The notes beneath the pieces are model-generated. The model did not search any database, was not told the origin of the DNA, and saw only the letters and a list, made by a program, of their open reading frames with translations. Positions 1 through 11,155 of a stretch of 64,000 bases of DNA are shown here, piece after piece (within the stretch, counting starts at the first letter, position 1; each line of letters opens with the position of its first letter). The DNA is from Chiloscyllium plagiosum (lineage: Eukaryota), in assembly GCF_004010195.1 (NCBI RefSeq), contig NC_057741.1, forward strand, positions 17,773,899 through 17,837,898. Reading direction: 5' to 3'. The translations under genes and the position numbers were made by a program.

Positions 1-725
1 CCTTAATATATTTGTAAAAACCTTTTGGATTCTCCTTAATTCTATTTGCCAAAGCTATCTCATGTCCCCGTTTTACTCTCCTGATTTCCCTCTTAAGTAT
101 ACTCCTACTTGCTTTTTACTCTTCTAAGGATTCACTCGATCTATCCTGTCTATACCTGACATATGCTTCCTTCTTTTTCTTAACTAAACCCTCAATTTCC
201 TTAGTCATCCAGCATTCCCTATACCTACCAGCCTTCCCTTTCACCCTGACAGGAATATACTTTCTCTGGATTCTTGTTATCTCATTTCTGAAGGCTTCCC
301 ATTTTCCAGCCGTCCCTTTACCTGCGAACATCTGCCTCCAATCAGCTTTCGAAAGTTCTTGCCTAATACTGTCACAATTGTCCTTTCTCCAAATTAGAAC
401 TTCAACTTTTAAATCTGGTCTATCCTTTTCCATCACTATTTTAGAACGAATGGAATTATGGTCGCTGGCCCCAAAGTACTCCCCTACTGACACCTCAGTT
501 ACCTGCCCTGCCTTATTTCCCAAGAGTAAGTCAAGTTTTGCACCTTCTCTAGTAGGTACGTCCACATATTGAATCAGAAAATTGTCTTGTACACACTTAA
601 GAGATTCCTCTCCATCTAAACCTTTAACACTATGGCAGTCCCAGTTGATGTTTGGAAAGTTAAAATCCCCTACCATAACTACCCTATTATTCTTACAGAT
701 AGCTGAGATCTCCTTACAAGTTTGT
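1..725 (-). mobile_element. CR1 LINE ORF2 fragment (APE endonuclease C-terminal part and linker), 5'-truncated, continues past window start
   Basis: ORF 116-769 has APE motifs VMVGDFNFPNINW, PTREGAKLDLLL and GASDH, then the CR1 linker W..F..EI..IQRKYIP..PWMT-like; a single stop at 116. Confidence 0.9.
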
Positions 726-739
726 AGTCCTAACTGATC

Positions 740-1935
740 CGGTCTCTCTTTGTATATCAGTTCTGCCATCCCAGGAATCAGTCCGGCAAATTTTCATTGC
801 ACTCCCTCCATGGCCAGAACATCCTTCTTCAGCTGAGGAGACAAAAACCCCACACAATACTCCAGGTGTGGTCTCACGAAGGCCCTGTACAAATGCAGCA
901 GGACATCCCTGCTCCTGTATTCGAGTCCTCTCAATATGTTACACAGAAAGTGCAGGAAAGTGGACATGAGGAAGATCAGATCAGCCATGATCCGACTGAA
1001 TAATGAAGCAGGCTGAAGGGATTGAACAGCCTACTCCTGTTCCCAATTCTTAGGGTCTTTCTTAGGCCAATAGACAATTTGCCTTTTCACCTTCTTGACT
1101 GCTGCACCTGCATGCTTATTGAGTGGAACTTTCAGTGACTGTTCAAAGCTACTCAGGTCTTGTTGCAATCTATCATCATTTTGTTAATAATCTGCATTCC
1201 TGTTTTTGCTACAGAAGTCGATGACCTCACACTTATTCCACATTATACTTAACCTGTCATGAATTTTCCCATTCACTCAACTTATCCAAAACATATTGAA
1301 ATACCTCTGCAATCTCCTCAGTTAACCCTCCAACAGAGCTTTATGTCATCTGTAAACTTGGAGATATTAAATTTAGTCACCCTACCTAAATCAGTAATAT
1401 ATATTGCGAATAACTGGCATCCAAGTCCTGACTCCTGTGGTATACCCCTAGTCAATGCCTGTCACTTGGAAAATTACTTATTTATTCTTTCCCTTGGTTT
1501 CTTGTTTGCCAACTAGTTCTCTGTCCATGTCAATACATTACCCCCAATTCTACACACTTCAATTTTACATGTTAAACTCTCTTTTAGAACTTATCAAAAG
1601 CCTTCTGAACATCCAAGCAAATCACATCCACTGGCTTCTCCTTGTCAACTCTACCAGTTACGTGCCTGAAAAGTTCCAGTAGACTTGTCAAATGTTTCAA
1701 TCCATGCTGATTTTGTCTGATCCTGTCACTGTGTTCCAAGTACTGTGCTATTAAATCTTTCACGATGGACTCCAGTATTTTTCCTATTATTAATGTCAGG
1801 CTAACTGGTCTATATTTCCGTTTTCTCTCCATTTGTTTTTTGTAATAGTTGGGGGTTGCATTAGCTACTCTCCAATCCTTAGGAATTGCTCCAGAGTCAG
1901 TAGAATCTTGAAAGATGACCACCAATGCATCCACA
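740..1935 (-). mobile_element. Older degenerate CR1 ORF2 (RT) fragment, with a short plus-strand CR1 3' tail nested at ~955-1050
   Basis: Peptides FQDSTDSGAIPKDWRVAN, YRPVSLT..IGKILESI, LDVQKAFDK and LYRAFVRPHLEYCV. Confidence 0.8.
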
Positions 1936-2612
1936 TTGCCTACCTAGAAATTCTTATTGAACTGAGGCTGAATGTACTCAAAGCTTCACAAACATTTTCC
2001 TGTGGGATTTGTGGAATAATGATAAAAAGAAAGCTCAGTCAATGGTTTTCCATTATCTAGAGCGGGAATGCTAGTGTTATCTGAATACAAGAACTCGTTA
2101 TCACAGGAAGTGGTTGAAACAAAATAACAAGATGTTATTTTAAATGGCACTCCTCGGGTAATTTTTCTCCCCAAAGTGCTTCACAGGAGCATTACAGAGA
2201 TTGGGATTCGCTAAGCCATGCAGGAGTTCAAAAACAAGGGTGAGAAATTTAAAATCAAGGTGTTGCCAACTGGGACTCAACATGTTCTGGAAACAAGTGT
2301 AATTGCTTCTTGAACTACAATCAGAAATGTTGAGGACGCTAACGGATTCAGTATCTACAGCAGAATGCGAACAATCTAAAGTGGTACAGTTGGCCTTCCG
2401 GGCAGTTCCACCATTTCCTGATATTTCAGTCTCCAGCATTTTGCCTTTGCCTTCTGTAACTCTTTGTAGTTATTTGTTGCAAAAGCCTCAGTCTTTAGGT
2501 GAACAGGTTTGAATGATATCATTATCACATCCTTTTCCCAGTGTAGAAACTTTGCAAAATCAAATTAATGCCATTTAGCACTTAATATACAACAAATTCT
2601 TATGAATTTTAC

Positions 2613-2801
2613 CTGAAAAATTGGAGAAATTCCTAGATGTATTATTCAGTGTCTTTTTGTCCACGGCTATTATTTGCTTTATCTTGTTCAAGACAAGTTT
2701 CAATTCCTCCGAATGTTTCAGACTTTCTTTTTCGGCCATATGCATTCTGTTACTCAGTTCCAAAAGTTCGTGTTGATGCGCAATCATTTCATAATCACCT
2801 T
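2613..2801 (-). CDS. MGAT4: Internal coding exon of an MGAT4-family alpha-1,3-mannosyl-glycoprotein 4-beta-N-acetylglucosaminyltransferase (GnT-IV); MGAT4B-like, possibly the MGAT4D orthologue; coiled-coil stem exon
   Basis: Acceptor ctttcttattttttcAG at 2803-2802 and donor TCAG|GTAAAA at 2612-2611; 189 bp, phase 1-1. Translation (x)GDYEMIAHQHELLELSNRMHMAEKESLKHSEELKLVLNKIKQII aligns by recall to MGAT4B GDVVDVYQREFLALRDRLHAAEQESLKRSKELNLVLDEIKRAV and MGAT4A KLIAYQREFLAL. Paralog assignment uncertain. Confidence 0.85.
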
Positions 2802-3120
2802 CTGAAAAAAATAAGAAAGGCTACTGTAATACCTCTGCATTTCAAATTAATGACTTTATTTTCCATTTATCACATTTCCAGTCTGACTTTTGGAGCGAGA
2901 TGTGTTTTAGTGTGGGTTGGATGGGGCTGTAAAATTTCACAAAATTAGTCTGTACCAATGGGACTCTGCAGGTTTGGTCTTGGCATGAGGGCAAGGTAGC
3001 TGGCAGCAGGTGGTGCTGGGGTAGAGTTACAGGGGAGACCACCAAGCATTTGATAGAAATGGCAGCATACCCAAATCATTTCCCCAGTTCAGCCTCATTT
3101 GAATTTTGATAATATAAAAA

Positions 3121-3232
3121 TAAATGCTTGCATTTAAATAACACCTTTCTTGGCTTCAGGGTGCTTCCAAATGTTTTACAGACTATGAAGTACTTTTAAA
3201 GTGTATTCGCTGTTGTTCCTTAGGAAGCATGG
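3121..3232 (-). mobile_element. DeuSINE (SacSINE1-like) 3' tail fragment
   Basis: Reverse complement resembles the 3' end of the copy at 14910-15331 (acactt..aagtacttca...tat.taaatgcaag). Confidence 0.55.
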
Positions 3233-3318
3233 GTAAAAGTGAATTGGAATAAAAAAGGGTGAAAGTAAAATGGGTGATCTTGAGTTAACAGCCCATTTAA
3301 CACCTGTCCTGGTACCAT

Positions 3319-4297
3319 TGTTATAAAGTCAAAAGAGTGTATGGTCACTTTAAGAGAGAGGTGCCTTTTCTGAGCTGAGAGATTCTGAGAGGAAGTGTCT
3401 GTGATTGGATGACTGGTGGAAAGAGTGCTGAGAATAGATAATAAGTAACAATCAGCTTGGGGTTGTTTTGATGTTAAAGCAACTGGATTTGAATTTAACC
3501 AATTAATTTAAATTATGACGAAGATACCAAAATACAATTGAATTTGAATTTATTGTACAGGTCGCTCTGCTATAACACACGTTTCATTAAAACAAATTGG
3601 CTATAACACAATTGATGAATTGTGGACAGTGTTTGGATAATGCAAACTTTCTACTGAATGGATATAGTGATCTCCTATAGCACGGACTTGCAGAGGAATG
3701 CAACTGCTGCGTTATGGCAGAACAACCTGTATTGACAACATCGAGCCAATGAGAAGGTACAATATTGGGGGTATAAAAAGGCAAGGGCATTTTGAAAATG
3801 AGCTAGAGCTAACTACCCATTGAACGTGAGAGCACATGACAACTGAAAGGGACTCTCAAAAGAAATCTCTCAGAAAGCATAATCTATTAAAGGTACCAAG
3901 ATATTTTATACAAAGCCACTCGCTATAAAAAGTAAGACAACGACCCAGGGAGAAGACAGCAGATTCGGAAGACCAGAAGGAAGACTGCATAAGAGACTGC
4001 ATGGACTTTGAGAGATTAAGTTAATTTAATGTTTAATAATTGTGTTATTGGGGCAGCATTTTTGTAGAATTGGGGTCAGATAGTTATTAGTTAAGAAAAA
4101 AAGGGTGAGGATTTGTTAATAGCTTTTGTTTAATGTTCACTGTTAGAATTAGGAAAATAAATTATTAGCTTTCTTTAAGCAGTGGAAATCAGGGATTTTC
4201 TTTCACTCACACACTTTCAGCAGATTACGAGGAAAGGTGAGCTATTCTGGGGTGTTAGATTTAATTAGCAGAGGTGATTGACCTCCACATTGTAACA
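3319..4297 (+). mobile_element. Solo LTR with 4-bp TSD
   Basis: Starts TGTTATA, ends TGTAACA, flanked by CCAT at 3315-3318 and 4298-4301; TATA-like tataaaa ~3773 and AATAAA ~4156. Confidence 0.7.
3558..3729. mobile_element. Tc1/mariner (Tigger-like) MITE nested in the solo LTR
   Basis: TA|CAGGTCGCTCTGCTATAAC ... GTTATGGCAGAACAACCTG|TA: ~19-bp imperfect TIRs and TA TSD. Confidence 0.75.
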
Positions 4298-4446
4298 CCA
4301 TACTGGAGTGAATTCAGATGAAATGAAAATTGGGAGAGCTGTAAAACTGGTCGTTGATTTGTTGATATCTGTTTTACATGATCTCTCAGTAAGATCTCTT
4401 TCCCATAGACTCTCTTTCCCAGTAAGCAGTGGAAACTGGGTCATTG

Positions 4447-6516
4447 AATATAACCGCTCCAGAAGTGGGGGCAAAGTCACATATGTTCACACTGTATGCG
4501 GATGATGTTCTTGTCCTCTTATCAAACTCAACAATCTCAGTTCCATACCTGATACAATGCATCAATTTCTTTGGTGGCTTCTCGGGTTATAATTTTGCGA
4601 AGTCAGAGGCCGTGCCCATGGGTGGTCTCCTGAGAATGCCTGGTCCTGAGGGTGGATCTCAGTTCCCCTTTAGATGGTCACAGGAGGGCTTTCTCTACTT
4701 AGGGATGTTTATTATTCCCGTTTTTGATCGGCTATTTGAAGCCAATTTTGCCCATTTATTCAACAGTATGAAGCAAGACCTTCGTAGATGGGAGGTACTT
4801 CCGATCTCTTGGTTAGGTCAGATAGCCCTCATTAAAATGAACATTCTGCCCTGCCTGTTGTATCCTATGTAAATACTTCCTCTGCATTTTACCAAGAAAA
4901 TATTTAGAAGACTGAACGGCTGGTTTAGTTCCTTTATCTGGTATCACAAGCAGCCCCTAATTAAACTGACTAAAGTCCAGTTACCTCACAGACAGGGAGG
5001 AGTGGGCCTCCCAGATATCAACAACTATCAGTTAAGCTCGTTGCTATCTTATGTGAATGATTGGGCCCGGGGGAACCCTCATTCACTTTGGTGGGACATC
5101 GAAGCATCTCAGGCAAGAGGCCCCCTTATTAGCCTGATGTTCTTAGTCAAAATGAGAACAGTTAAGGACTATTGCCATAGCCCAACAGTCATCAACACTG
5201 TCAAGGCATGGAGGGCAATGTGTCAGAGTGAAGGCAATAATTGCCAAAACCTCATTTTTGACACCCATAGTTGGTATGCCGGGTTTTCAGCCAGGGATGA
5301 TGGACTCTGGGTTTGAACTATGGGCAGCTAGGGGCGTGTCTTGCCAGGGTGATTTATTCAAAGGGACTTACTGATGTCTTTTGACCAGTTGGCTCGGAAG
5401 TATGAATTGCCCAGTACCTCTTTTCTTTCTTTCAAAATGAGGGACCTCTTTTCTTTCTTTCAAATTAGAACAATTTCATACAAAAAGTGACCACATCTTT
5501 AACTGATCCTTATAGGTCTGACATGGAGAAGAGGCGGTTGACTGCTGAGGGTACATTATCTGTTAGCAACACTTATCATCTATTGGGAGAGGGTCCCTCA
5601 AACGAGATCAAATGACTCTGTAAGGTATGGGAAAGGGAGCCGGATGTTGAGATCTCTTTTGAAAAATGGGAGGATATCTGGGAAAATGCAAGAAGGATCT
5701 CATTTTACAACAGACTCATGCCTTGCAATTCAAGATTCTCCACAGGGTCCATCTGGCCCCAGACCGCTAGATTTAAAGCGGGAGCATCTCCAACGTGTCC
5801 TAAATGTAACGTGGAGCATGGGCACACTCACTCATTGTCTCTGGTCCTGCCAGAGACTGCGGGTATACTGCAGCACTGTGGTAAGCAAAATAGAGAAGGT
5901 CTTGGGGACGGAGGTGGAGATGGACTCGGTATCTCTGCTTCTTGGCTTTGTTAATTCACTTTCATTAGATGCACACAAAAAAAGGCTTTGCCGTATCCTC
6001 ATTTTTTGTGCCAGAAAGAACATTCTGTTAGGGTGTGCTTTGGAAAATCCCCCAGGGCTGGCGGGCTGGCAAACGTTAGTCATGGAGCACATCCCCTTGG
6101 ACTTCCTTACGAGTATGGTGCACCATAAAACTGAGAATTTCTATCAGACATAGTGACCTTTTTTGGACTACCAGGATACAAATTTGTCTGCCATGTTACT
6201 AAGAGCCTTTATATAGCCACGGCAATTCTATGTAATGGATTTGATATCCAGAGGGGAGGAACTATGAACTTATGAATTTGTGTAAACTTATGCGCTTGAT
6301 GATCGAGGGCTATTGCTTTGTTTTGCTGAGCTGTGTTATGGTTATTATCATTATTATTATTGTTAAGATTTTCCTTTTTAGCTTAGTTATTAGCTATTAT
6401 TTATTTATGTAATTAGGGGTTTGTTTTTTAATATAAATTTGAATTGTTTGTATTTGTTGTAATAGTCAAAAAAAAACTTTTCTTTTTTTTAAATCGAAAA
6501 TATATTTTTTTAAAAA
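4447..6516 (+). mobile_element. L1/Tx1-clade LINE, 5'-truncated ORF2 (RT C-terminus, zinc knuckle), 3' UTR and A-rich tail; frameshifted
   Basis: LYADDVLV, FGGFSGY.NFAKSE, RRWEVLPISWLGQIALIKMNILP, GLPDI..Y, CPKCNVEHG/TLTHCLWSC; T-rich UTR with A-runs at 6468-6516. Confidence 0.88.
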
Positions 6517-6966
6517 TTGCTACAAGGGACTCTTCTGTCAAGGGCACAGACAGGACATTCTGTGGCAGTGAGTGTGAATCACGGACACAGTATATTGTTT
6601 TCCTTGTGTCAGGGTTAAAGACGCATCAAACCATTTGAAGCATATCGTCAAAAGGGAGAGTAAGAAGCAGGACGTTCTTGTACACATTGGTAGAAACGAC
6701 ATAGTTAGGATAAGGGTTAAGGCTTTGCAGAGTGAATATGAGAGGTTAGGTCAAAGGTTAAAAGTAGTAATGTCTGGTTTACTCCCAGTGTCAAGTTCTA
6801 ATGAGCAAAGGACTAAAAGGATAGGTCAGATAAATCAATGGCTGGAGAGTTGGTGCAATGTGCAGGGATTCAGAGGAGAAAGTGAGGTCTGCAGATGCTG
6901 GAGATCAAAGTTGAAACTTTATTGCTGGAACAGCACAGCAGGTCAGGCAGCATCCAGGGAACAGGA

Positions 6967-7004
6967 GATTCGACGTTTCGGGCACAGGCCCTTCTTCAGG
7001 AATC
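6967..7004 (-). ncRNA. Minimal type I hammerhead ribozyme (PLE-associated)
   Basis: GAUUC-CUGAAGA-A-GGGC-CUGU-GCCC-GAA-ACGU-C-GAAUC: stem I 5 bp, CUGANGA core, stem II 4 bp, palindromic ACGU in place of stem III, GUC cleavage triplet. Confidence 0.75.
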
Positions 7005-7036
7005 AGGCAGAGAGCTTCTTCAAGGAAGGCATCCTT

Positions 7037-7074
7037 GATTCCTGAGGAAGGGCCTGTGCCCGAAACGTCGAATC
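7037..7074 (+). ncRNA. Minimal type I hammerhead ribozyme (PLE-associated)
   Basis: GAUUC-CUGAGGA-A-GGGC-CUGU-GCCC-GAA-ACGU-C-GAAUC; predicted cleavage after C7069. Confidence 0.75.
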
Positions 7075-8089
7075 TCCTGTTCCCTGGATGCTGCCTGACC
7101 TGCTGTGCTGTTCCAGCAATAAAGTTTCAGCAGGGATTCAGAATCTTGTATCATTGAGATTTTTTCTGGGGTAGAAAAGGTTTGTTCAAAAGGGATGGGT
7201 TTCTCCTGAATGGGAAATATCCTGGTGGGGAGATTTGCTAATTTTATTTCAGGAGCTTGTAAACTATTAGAGAGGGAGTGTGAGGGGTTCCTAAGTTGAA
7301 ATGAAAATAGAAAGACAGATGAGGATGGTTCTGAATCAGAAAAGAGCAAGTTAATTGGAAAAGATGGACAACAGCAAGAGAGAGAACAAGATAACCCTGA
7401 AGAATTAAACTGCATTTATTTCAAGAAAGGGGTCTTACAAGTGAGGCGGATGAACTCAGGGCATGTATTGTAACATGGGACTAGGACATCATAGCTATTA
7501 CAGAAACTTGGCTGAGGGAAGGACAGGACTAGCAGCTCAATGTTCCAGATTTTAGATGCTGTAGGAAGGGAGGCATGAGAGGTGAGGGAGTGGTATTTTT
7601 AATTAAGGAACACATTACTACTGTAATTAGAGAGGACAATTCTGAAGGACCATCCAATGAAAACATATGGGTTGAAATTAGAAATAAGAAAGGGATAATC
7701 ATCTTGTTGCGATTGCACTATAGGCCCCCCCAGTAGTCAGAAGAAAATTGAGGAGCAAATATGTAGATAGATCTCAGATATATGTGAGAATAATACGATT
7801 GTAATAGTAGGGGTTTTAATTTTCCAAATATTGACTGGGACTGCTATGGAGTTAAAGGAGAGTTCTCACCTCTCCTCCCCTGCCCCCCACCCTGCCTTAT
7901 TGCTTTTTTATTGTCCTCTGCTGGTTTTTAAAAGTTTCTGATATAGATCCTGGTTAAATACTGCCACTCACTCTTGAGGCTCGCATAGTCATAATTGTCA
8001 CTGAGGAGCTGACACCTTTTGAACTGTAACTCAATGTGTCAAGGCCTTCACAATAGGCAGGAGAAATCTGGAATGGAACATTTGTTAAA

Positions 8090-8255
8090 TAGAATCATAT
8101 AGTCAAAGAGACATACAGCATGGTCCAATTAGTTCATACCAACCATGTTCCCAAACTAAACTTGTTCTATCTGCTTGCATTTGGCCCATATCCCTCCAAC
8201 CTTTTCCTACTTATGTATTTATCCAAATGTCTTGTAAACATTGGAACTGTACATC
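8090..8255 (-). mobile_element. CR1 3' end fragment
   Basis: Reverse complement matches the CR1 3' UTR seen at 31700-31870. Confidence 0.65.
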
Positions 8256-8259
8256 TCTG

Positions 8260-10530
8260 ATCCCAGCCTACACCACAAGACAAAGATAATTTTACAAACA
8301 TCTCTTGGAATGTTTAAAAAACTCTTATCCCTCTATTTTCCAAATTTAGCAACTGAGTATATCCTCTTGAAATTCTTGTCCATAAAAATGCACCATACAT
8401 GAGGTTGAAAGATCACAAGGTTACTTTTCAATGTTTCAAAAATTCTTAATCATCCAACCAGTGTGTTTTGCAATATGATGATCCTCTGAGCTTACCAATT
8501 GGAGGAAGATACTTCCCAGAAATGCTTGGAGCATGGCTATTGCAGGACTGCAAATCGAACGTGTTTGGTGCTAAGGTTCTAAGGACAAATCAGGTAAAAC
8601 TGTATTGAAAAGAAATCTGTTTTATTTTTGAAATAAAATGGTTTCCTACTTATGTAAGCATTTCATTGTTCATACCGACCACAAAACATTAGAAATTAAT
8701 TATCCAGAACCTTTCTCAAGTGCACTTCCAGACACCAATGACTACTTCAAAGATCCAAGGGTACAATTTAGAAGTTTAACTAGTTTCCAAATTATTACAT
8801 TTAAATTCTGGTCCCCAAAAAACTACTTTTAGGCAACTTCCAAACGCTGCTAAGAACAAAGATATTCCTTTAAACCTACAAACCAATATTATTGAATGTG
8901 ATTTGGAACACAGCTTTAACATTGACCTAATTTGGTCATTTGCAACATTTTGATCATAGCCTGATACAGTAGGTTCAGCAAGCCATTTCAGAGATTACTA
9001 GCTGCAACAGCTCACAATGACCATCATCACTGGGTTGTCTGAATGCACCCAAAAGATCCCTAAGCTAGCACATTCATTCTGGTCATTCGGAGATGATATG
9101 GGACACATTAGGAGTATAATTTCCAAAGGCAAAGAAGTGGTAATTCCACACACTTACATGAAGACATGCTAAGCCATATTTATGTATTAGTCACACCAAA
9201 AAAAAATCAAGAGATTGGTATATGAATCCTTATATTTATGCTGCAATATAAATAAGGACATGTATCAACTAATTAAATTTGTGAGATCTGTCAATGCCAT
9301 TAACTTCAACCATTGAGAGAACCTCCCTTTCCACAAGAAATTTATTCTCACTGTACAAGAATCGCAACTGATCTTTTCCATGTTCAAGGATACAACTATG
9401 TTCTGGTGACCAACTCCTTTGAGTCTGCTGTTGTACAATGAATCAAAGGTATCCCTAGTGTAATGGTCACTGATACTGCTATATTCAATATGTTTAGCAC
9501 TCCTCAATAAATTGCATCTGACAATAGTTCGCTGACAACCTTCAACACATGTCCAGAAATGGAGTGTTCAATATATTATCTCTCTCCTCACTATTCTCAG
9601 TCAAGCAGTCTCACAGGACATTGTTCATACAGTAAAATCCACCATCGTCAAGTGTAAAGCCACTTGACAATATGTTCAGATAGCTATGCTAAATCTCCGT
9701 GATACTCCTCAAGGCAACAGTTTCTCTTCACTGGTACTTCTCATATTTGGAGACAGACCCATATTGTTCTTCCCTCACACATTCTGACCATCTAACCACA
9801 TGTGCATGACATGTTGTTGAGAAGAACAAAGAAAATGGTAGACGAGCATGATCATCAAGCCGGCAGCCTGTCACATTCCAAGAAGGACCATAAGTCCAAA
9901 GTGTTCAACTGCAGGAGCTTTATCAAGGTGCTGCTCATTTAACAGACAGCAAGATTAGATTAAGCTGTTTCCCACTCAAAATGGCTGATTACATCATCAT
10001 GACATCATGTGATCAGACCGTTAAAGTGGCAAAAACCAACTTAAACCAGGACAAAGCATGAGAGTTTGAGATTTTCATACAATCACACGTGTGACCAGAT
10101 GCAATGACATATGTTCAGTCTAGGTCATGTGACATTGTAATGAGCAGGAATGAAGACCTGTGAAGAACCAGGCAACACACCAAAGCTGCACAAAATCAAC
10201 CGCTCATGACCCAGCATGATAACTCCCATACCGATGACAATCAACATCTAATGATACAAATCATCATCAATGAAAGACAGCACACTGCAGATGAAGCTGC
10301 ACAGCAAAAATCAGATAAGTGTAGAATGATTAGATCTGATTTTGTCATACATCCACCAAAAGTTTAACTAAATCCATTATCTAAATGCAGCTATACAAAT
10401 CATTTTCCATCTTATCGGAAAAGGGTTCCTCTTCTTTAAAGGGAAAAGGGGGGATATTGTGAAATAGGTCTGTACCTTTAATGCTGTTAGTTTACATCAC
10501 AATATATGACATACCAGTATAAAGGTGCCT
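8260..10530 (+). mobile_element. Highly degenerate Gypsy LTR retrotransposon internal region (RNase H-integrase), PPT and start of 3' LTR
   Basis: KHFIVHTDHKTLEI (RNase H TDHKPL motif), integrase-like remnants, purine tract AAAGGGAAAAGGGGGGA at 10438-10454 followed by TATTGTG. Confidence 0.55.
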
Positions 10531-10544
10531 ACCTGATCTGCTTT

Positions 10545-11155
10545 ATCATCATTACTGAATCTCCCATTAACAATATCCTATGAGTCACCATTGACAATAA
10601 TCTGAATACTGCAGCTACAGCAGCTGGTCAGAGGTTGGGAATTCTGTAATGAAATAGCTCACATCTAATTCCATAAAGTCTTTCCATCATCTATAAGGCA
10701 CAAGTTAAAAGTATGATAGAATACTGTCCACTTTCTTGTACAAAAGCATCTCTAACAACATTTAAGAAGCTCATCATCATCCAAATCAAATCAGCCTCCT
10801 TTGTTGGTACATCATCATTCTTCACTCCCTCCACCGTCAAACATAGTGGCTGCATCATCTACAAGACACACTGCAGTAACTCACCAAACCTCCTCCAACT
10901 GTACTTCTCAAGCCCATAATTTCTACCAACAAGAAGGATAAAGGAACTCCACCACTACCAAGCTTCCCTCCAAGTTACACACCATCCTAATTTGGAGTTA
11001 TATTACTGTTCCTTCACTGTTGCTGTATCAAAATCCTGCAACTCACTTCCTAAATTCTATAGCATGGTGTCTGCAGTTCACCACCAGCTTCTCAAGAGCC
11101 TTTCAGGGCTGTACAATAAATCCTGGCTTATCTAATGCAGCCAATCTCCATGAAA
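10545..11155 (+). mobile_element. Old CR1-like LINE 3' portion
   Basis: Y KAQVKSMIEYCPLS motif; 3' tail caccagcttctcaag...caataaatcctggc shared with 48595-48885 and 63670-64000. Confidence 0.6.

Larger units (their letters stand above)
6875..7129. mobile_element. Young non-autonomous Penelope-derived fold-back element with 13-bp TSD
   Basis: 94-bp inverted arms 6912-7005 and 7036-7129 (1 mismatch), 30-bp spacer; TSD GCAGGGATTCAGA at 6862-6874 and 7130-7142. Confidence 0.85.
6517..7857 (+). mobile_element. CR1 LINE 5' portion: ORF1 SGNH esterase and start of ORF2 APE domain, interrupted by a PLE fold-back insertion
   Basis: RDSSVKGTDRTFCG, VLVHIGRND, VVMSGLLP, INQWLESWC (ORF1 esterase); IIAITETWL, YRPP, FNFPNIDWD (ORF2). 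Confidence 0.8.

Noticed and set aside
6635-7415. ORFs on opposite strands sharing the peptide LKLYCWNSTAGQAASREQEIRRFGHRPF
   Set aside because: A consequence of the inverted PLE arms inside a CR1; not genes
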